Below, piece after piece: positions 62,966 through 64,000 of a stretch of DNA of 64,000 bases; within the stretch, counting starts at the first letter, position 1; each line of letters starts with the position of its first letter. The notes beneath the pieces were generated by a model, which was given only the letters and a program-made list of their open reading frames with translations, searched no databases and had not been told where the DNA came from. Made by a program: the position numbers and the translations under genes. The stretch is from Octopus bimaculoides. Taxonomy: Eukaryota. The stretch lies in the NCBI RefSeq assembly GCF_001194135.2, contig NC_068991.1, positions 7,358,008 to 7,422,007 on the forward strand. The letters are read 5' to 3'.

Positions 62966-63704
62966 AAATAATCACTCTGAAATCATTTGATCGTTGTTGT
63001 TCTTTTGATTTCCCTTCCACTCCCTCCCTCTCAACATCAAGCAATCCACTTTTGTGTCACAATGGCTAAGCAGCATTCAGACAAAAATAAATATAATTGA
63101 AACCTCTTTGCAAAGTTCAGAGAGCTCTTACCTCTGCAGGTGACAAAGGGCCTCTCGCTCAGAGTAACAAGTAGACTGCATGACACAAGTGTACGAACAG
63201 CCATGCTACATGGCAGTGAAACATTGACCGTGACTGCTGAGGACATGCGTGAGCTCACAAGGAATGAAGCCAGTATGCTCCGATGGATGTGTAATGTCAG
63301 TGTGCATACTCGACAAAGTGTAAGTACCTTGAGAGAAAAGTTGAACCTAAGAAGCATCAGATGTGGTGTGCAAGAGAGACGATTGCGCTGGTATGGTCAT
63401 GTGGCGAGAATGGATGAGGATAGCTGTGTGAAAAAGTGCCACACCCTAGCAGTTGAGTGAACCTGTGGAAGAGGTAGACCCAGGAGGACCTGGGATGAGG
63501 TGGTGAAGCACGACCTTCGAACATTAGGCCTCACTGAGGCATTGACTTCTGACCGAGACCTTTGGAAATACGTGGTGCTTGAGAAGACCCAGCAACCAAT
63601 TTATTGATAATCAATTAATGATTTTTATATCTTTACAGGCTGGTTTAGAGGACTTTCTGAGAAATTCTTATCATGTAATGTTCCAAAGTTATTATTACTT
63701 GCTG
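46568..63704 (+). CDS. PPME1: Protein phosphatase methylesterase 1 (PME-1), 3' partial, one internal exon missing
   Basis: Exons 46568-46626, 51053-51155, 51532-51624, 52362-52419, 54152-54203, [missing], 58626-58711, 59477-59567, 60129-60194, 61788-62031, 62774-62834, 63639-63704. Motifs RDYTPTTWDKYY, GPVLFLLHGGGYSALSW, VALDLRGHG, (S)MGAAIAVH, VIDVVEGTAMEAL..MQSFLRGRP, YTWRIDLSKTDKYW, WFRGLSEKFLSC.VPKLLLLA. Exon 1 assignment (MRKQVLSNQLPSMPP) is less certain but phase-compatible. Confidence 0.92.
49610..49828. mobile_element. piggyBac-like MITE (family 1) inserted into the TTAA of a SINE-B tail
   Basis: TTAA-CCCTTTC...AAAAAGG-TTAA. Internal sequence is the reverse complement of 13565-13736. 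Confidence 0.8.
51156..51531 (+). other. U12-type (minor spliceosome) GT-AG intron of PPME1
   Basis: 5' splice site GTATCCTTTT (51156-51165); branch site CCTTAAC (51517-51523) just before the AG at 51530-51531; no polypyrimidine tract in between. Confidence 0.85.
51746..52150. mobile_element. Fold-back non-autonomous retroelement: tRNA-like head, (AAT)n, and Penelope-type tail with hammerhead remnants
   Basis: Flanked by 9-bp direct repeats TATGTATTT (51737-51745, 52151-52159). Inverted arms 51746-51861 and 52070-52149; central hairpin 51863-51906; Pol III A box 51893-51903 and B box 51938-51946. Confidence 0.8.
52061..52103 (+). ncRNA. Degenerate minimal type I hammerhead ribozyme (probably inactive)
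   Basis: GACAC-CTAATGA-AGGCTG-loop-CAGCC-GAAA-A-GTGTT. Stems I and II intact; core one transition from CTGATGA; stem III/UH segment deleted. The inverted copy at 51825-51861 retains GAAACGTT-GTGTT. Confidence 0.6.
52880..53560 (-). repeat. Tandem ~200-bp modules derived from the RTE 3' end, attached to a SINE-B
   Basis: gtgcttgaga..gaccca..aagccaagt.aaa..gcagt...ctggtgtca.gca.atggcacccatg repeats at about 52890, 53085 and 53295. Another copy starts at 63835. Confidence 0.7.
56883..57741. other. Assembly gap (859 N), probably hiding a PPME1 exon
   Basis: Run of N. The PPME1 segment that should end in ...IGHS is absent from the sequenced part of 54204-58625. Other gaps: 3104-3299, 6338-6437, 17726-17974, 20368-20377, 29435-29515, 34660-34882, 38992-39505, 54001-54039, 60460-60813. 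Confidence 0.9.
57782..57990 (+). mobile_element. tRNA-derived SINE family A, young copy
   Basis: Close match to 27914-28127. Confidence 0.9.
59684..59904. mobile_element. piggyBac-like TTAA MITE (family 2)
   Basis: TTAA-CTCTTTAGCA...TGCTAAAGGG-TTAA. Confidence 0.8.
63051..63595 (+). mobile_element. RTE-clade LINE 3' fragment in a PPME1 intron
   Basis: KGLSLRVTSRLHDTSVRTAMLHGSETLTVTAEDMRELTRNEASMLRWMCNV...RRLRWYGHVARM...*TCGRGRPRRTWDEVVKHDL, with premature stops. Confidence 0.92.
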
Positions 63705-64000
63705 GTAAGTTTTTACATTTGAAGTCTTTATTTTTATGATAAATAAATGTCTTAGAATATCTGTGTAGAGTGAAGAAATTTATAAACTAAACTCTTTTTA
63801 TGGTTATTTTGGGCATGCCATTTTTTGTCTTTTATATGTTGTGCTTGAGAGGAAGGCCCATCAAGCCAATGTGGAAGATACTTGTGTCACGCATATGGCA
63901 CCCATGAAAGTGGCACATAAAAGCACACTTTCAGCATTGGGCCTCACGAAGGCAAGGACCGAGACCATATGGCATTAGGCTAGGCTTCAAGCATTGGGCC

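Overview
AT-rich, repeat-dense eukaryotic (metazoan) genomic DNA with ten assembly gaps. The SINE families, RTE LINE relics and (CAT)n/(TA)n tails look like those of an Octopus genome; this is inferred from repeat recognition, not a database search. Genes in order: (1) the last three exons of a luciferase/4CL-like acyl-CoA synthetase (+), lacking two canonical catalytic residues; (2) complete 11-exon DNAJC17 (-), head-to-head with (3) RPL9 (+), which has a 5'TOP start, one 5'UTR intron and an intronless CDS; (4) an intronless ~3 kb PSMD1/Rpn2 CDS (-); (5) a 3-exon, 79-aa single-TM microprotein (+); (6) 6-coding-exon ASRGL1 (-); (7) a mitoregulin (MTLN)-like microprotein ORF (-) that may share a bicistronic mRNA with ASRGL1; (8) PPME1 (+), with a U12-type intron, one exon probably lost in a gap, and its 3' end beyond the window. 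Most unusual items: the MTLN-like/ASRGL1 arrangement; a 405-bp TSD-flanked fold-back retroelement joining a tRNA-like head to two decayed Penelope-type hammerhead ribozymes; a probable pseudo-enzyme acyl-CoA synthetase; and two intronless housekeeping CDSs among intron-rich neighbours. All gene models were assembled by eye from splice signals, phase continuity and remembered homologue sequences.
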